Made by a program: the position numbers and the translations under genes
Part shown: in pieces, positions 60,343 through 64,000 of the stretch
Numbering within the stretch: the stretch's first letter is position 1
Layout of the letters: each line of letters starts with the position of its first letter
The notes under the pieces: generated by a model
Told to the model about the DNA's origin: nothing
Databases searched by the model: none
What the model saw: the letters and a program-made list of their open reading frames with translations, nothing else
Origin: Squalus acanthias
Taxonomy: Eukaryota
Direction of reading: 5' to 3'
DNA: 64,000 nucleotides
NCBI GenBank assembly: GCA_030390025.1
Contig: CM059432.1
Span: forward strand, 139,006,001-139,070,000

Positions 60343-61130
60343 GGAGCATATCCCTTCATTACTTGTTTAATGTAACCTTTAGGACTTTCAGAATGCAATT
60401 TTCTACACAAGTCGCTGTTGCTGAAGTACACACCGAGCCAGTCAACATCTGAAAAGGAGGAGTTTCAGGGCAAGAGCCCTGGTCAGAACAGAAGTAACTG
60501 CGCTGACCAAGTATACCAACCCCAAAGTACTCGCTCTTTTCATCTGTTGATGACTTGCTGCATATTCCCAGCACTTTTTCTACATATCCCCCTATTGTGG
60601 ATTTGTTCTGTAGTCTGGATGGCCGGGGGCAGGGGGTATCAGTTGCTCAGTTGGGGAGAAACCAAAGTGCTTCTGCCAACAGGCTTATTGAAAATGTAAC
60701 TGGTTGGTTCTCGTTAACACCTTTTAAGATGCTGCAATCATTTCAGAAAGCTAAAATAAAGAAGTCAGGCTGCTTTTGAGGTCTTGCATTTGATTCAGAG
60801 TGCTTCCCATAATAAACAATTCTGACATAAAATCTAATCGTTTCATTTTTTGATTTTATTTTGACCAGTTGCTGTTCTGGTTTTAAAAAAAGTCAAAAAT
60901 GATTGATGGGATGCAAAAGAAAAAAAAACGAAAACAAACTGCAATGAGGCAAATATTGAGAAAACATGCTTCAGAAGCAAGAGTAAAATGACTGCACTCA
61001 AATCTACTACAGTCTATAACGCAGATGACAAAACCATTCTGGGGGAACAACACACTTCGCCAGACTAAAGAGCATATCCCTTTTCGACTTGTTTAATGTA
61101 ACCTTTAGACTTTCAGAATACAATTTTCTA
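60337..61130 (+). repeat. Dispersed direct repeat of about 66-69 bp (60337-60405 and 61065-61130)
   Basis: gagcatatccctt...acttgtttaatgtaacctttag(g)actttcagaat(g/a)caattttcta occurs twice. Confidence 0.85.
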
Positions 61131-64000
61131 AGCGCTGTGACAAGGTGTGGTATAGTTGAATTTATTTATTCGATTTAGTTGGGAGCCGTGGAACACCACG
61201 GACAATGGGAAACGGGGGTCTTACAAACACCCCTTTTTCATCGCAACCCTACTACAAACTTGTTTGCAAACAAAGTTGTCATTTCCTTTTTTTTAAAAAC
61301 CCATATGCAAATATAAATATTACAGCATTACATTTCCAACTCCGCCGGGGTGTTTAGCTCAACCGAACCACACATGACAACACATTGATTTTACTTCCAT
61401 CTCCACACAGACAAAGATGTAAAGAAACCCATTAGGTTGACAGTTTGCATTTCCATTGAGTGACAAGAGTGGCAATCAGACACTTTTCACACTACCAACT
61501 GACTGACAAGTAGACAGTGAAACAAGCCTTCAAGTTGCCAGAATCGCTTAGAAACAATTTAAATTATTTGAATCAAATAAGGCTGCGTGTCTCACGGGCA
61601 AATAAAATCTTTTCATCTACAGGTATCTAGAATTTGGTCTATATTGCCATCCCAATAATCTTATGTCCCAACACAACCACATATCACAATGTATAATTAA
61701 ATTCAGACTTTTTAAAATATTACTAGGCACCATCAGGCATGTCACTACAACACAGCCCAGCTGTATAAAGGCACCATATCAAACACTGTAACTACACTTA
61801 AACCGAAACGATACAAATTATTTTTTCCACAACAGTCGGTCCTCAAAAAGTAATCGGCAATTTATATTTCACCAAGAACTGGCTGGGTGATTAGAGCGGG
61901 CTTTATTCAGCTAAAAGGTTTTGCACAAGACTGATAATTTGTAATAACTATAATCCATAATCTTCCCACGAAATGTTTTCTCCGCTTAAATGTTGAAAAA
62001 GCAGGTTGTTATTAAAAGTGTTTCATTGTTCAGCAGGACTATCCGTTACTGTTTCTGCCGAGAGTGCATACGTAATGTTACTGCAGCCTACATAGCTTTA
62101 AAAACTAATGTCTAACTAAACTAACATTGCTTATGTTTACGCCCTAGACTGCACAAGCGTATTCTACAAATAAACAAGTAGGGTCAAGGTATGTTATAAT
62201 TGGTTTGACAGAAATATAAAGAAAAGTCAGAGTCAGTCAAGATGTGTACAGTGAAAAGCATGAGGAAAGCAAAAGATTGTCTCCACAATTTAACCATTTC
62301 ATCAAAGACAGTCACAACATTTTAAGGAAAGAAGTTAAGATTTGTATTAAAAGCATTTCTTCTAAATGGAGGATGAAAACCAAATGTATGAGTCTTACAT
62401 TTTCTTTAAAAATAAAAATCTTTAAAAGCTTTTATAATGTATTTTCATCTCCATGCCGTTAAGACTTTGGAAACACAAACTATAATCAGCAGCTACATTT
62501 GGTGTGAAAAAAAAATTGTCAAAAGCATGAAGAAAACAGAAAAAAAAATCACAATTACATATTTACATTTAGACTTCGGTTTTGAATTTCGTTTCTGGCT
62601 AATTTAAGATAAATATTACTTAAAAAGGCAAAAAAAAAAGTCCAAATCTTTAGCCTAAAACAAAAGAGATGACTGTTTCTTGGGCAGCCCTTGTACTATT
62701 GCTGTTGTGCAGGAACATAGATTAAACAGTAAGATAGGGAAGAAAAACAGAATTAAATAGTAAAGGTTCAACAATGTTTCTAACTAAAGCTATTTCTTTT
62801 TTTTTTAAAGACGGTGAAAGACCTGGTTACATCAGCTTTAAATACAAGAAATTAACGCAAAGATTGGAACTGAATAATCAGAGTCCCTTTCCAAATGAAA
62901 TTTTACAGTAGTACTTTTAACTGAATCATGTTACCATGCGTGCAGGTCTGCTACTATTCATTACAAATTGAAAGAACTAATGCAGTAGTCAATAATGTGA
63001 GTAGTATGTAAAATGACTCTTTGAGGATAAAGTAGGAGCTGTAGACTTTAAAACAAATTGATTTTACGGAATAGCAGCTAGCTCTATAGCCTGTATTTAA
63101 CCTAACAATGTAACCCTGCTGTACTACATGAGAAACATCATGTACATTGATTTTTTTTCTTCCTGATGACCGTTTCTTGTTCCAATTCTGCCTGAACAGA
63201 AAACATTTATAAAGACTACAGTTCAAGCAGATTACTGGATTTCTTTATCTTTTAAAAAGTCGCACAGTTACACACATACCATGCCTAGTATGTGACTGGT
63301 TCAGTTGCAAAGGTACTTAATTCTGGAACATAAATGGGGTAGAGTTTAACTCCTTCCCGACTGCAAGTCAAAGGAAAAAGGCAAGAACAAATCAATGATA
63401 AAGAACGTCAAATCGTAACTCTTAACAGGAATTGTACTGAGTAAAACTGTGTTATTACTGGCAGGGATCAGAAGAGTTTCAGTGAAGACAGAAGCATTGG
63501 CATCACCACTGCTATTATGTACAGGTCTCAACAATACAATGAAATTATTCTAGCTGCACAACTGATCTAATGCACTGTAAGTGATAAAATATTGCTCAAA
63601 TTTATTTAATGGGAGCACCACATACTGTCTTTGCACAGAGTCAGCTTATAGTTACCATGATCCGCATGTAATCATTATCATGCTTTTGCTTTTCCTCTGC
63701 AACAGAAACATAAAACATCCCCATGGTTACTTAATTCCCTTACCTGTAGTTTAACATATAGTTTCAACTCTCTGACTATATTCAATTTACAAAAGACGAG
63801 TGATATCTACTACCTGTGATATCTGGTTGGGTGTTTTTGATTAGGGTAAAGTTTTAAAGTAAAAAAATCAATAAAATACTCGGACATCAATGCCTTCAAG
63901 TGCAAACGTCCGTTTAAATGAACATTTCCAGAATGGACTTAGGATTTTTTTTTAAATAAACAAAAACATATTAAGAGGCAGATTTACTATAAGGTCACTA

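Overview
Repeat-rich, apparently non-coding vertebrate DNA. The repeat set (Deu-domain tRNA SINEs resembling SacSINE1, a V-SINE of the HE1 type, CR1 and L2 LINE 3' ends, Penelope-like tails, Harbinger and hAT MITEs) points to a cartilaginous fish, probably a shark; that assignment is inference. I could not support any host exon. The standout is a very compact (4,304 bp), young Ty3/Gypsy LTR retrotransposon on the minus strand (46436-50739), inserted into a SINE with a CAAGG target-site duplication. It has one intact 1318-aa gag-pol ORF. It lacks a tRNA-type primer-binding site (PBS); the 12 nt just after the 5' LTR are instead exactly complementary to a segment inside its own LTR, suggesting self-priming. 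Its RT catalytic motif reads YLDN rather than YLDD. Its 3' LTR is cut to 67 of 183 bp yet still abuts the TSD. Other points of note are a CpG-rich triple-hairpin element, a paralogous non-TE module pair, a chimeric L2 junction present twice, and repeat-poor stretches rich in homeodomain and octamer motifs. Boundaries of degraded repeats are approximate and family names come from pattern recognition, not database searches.
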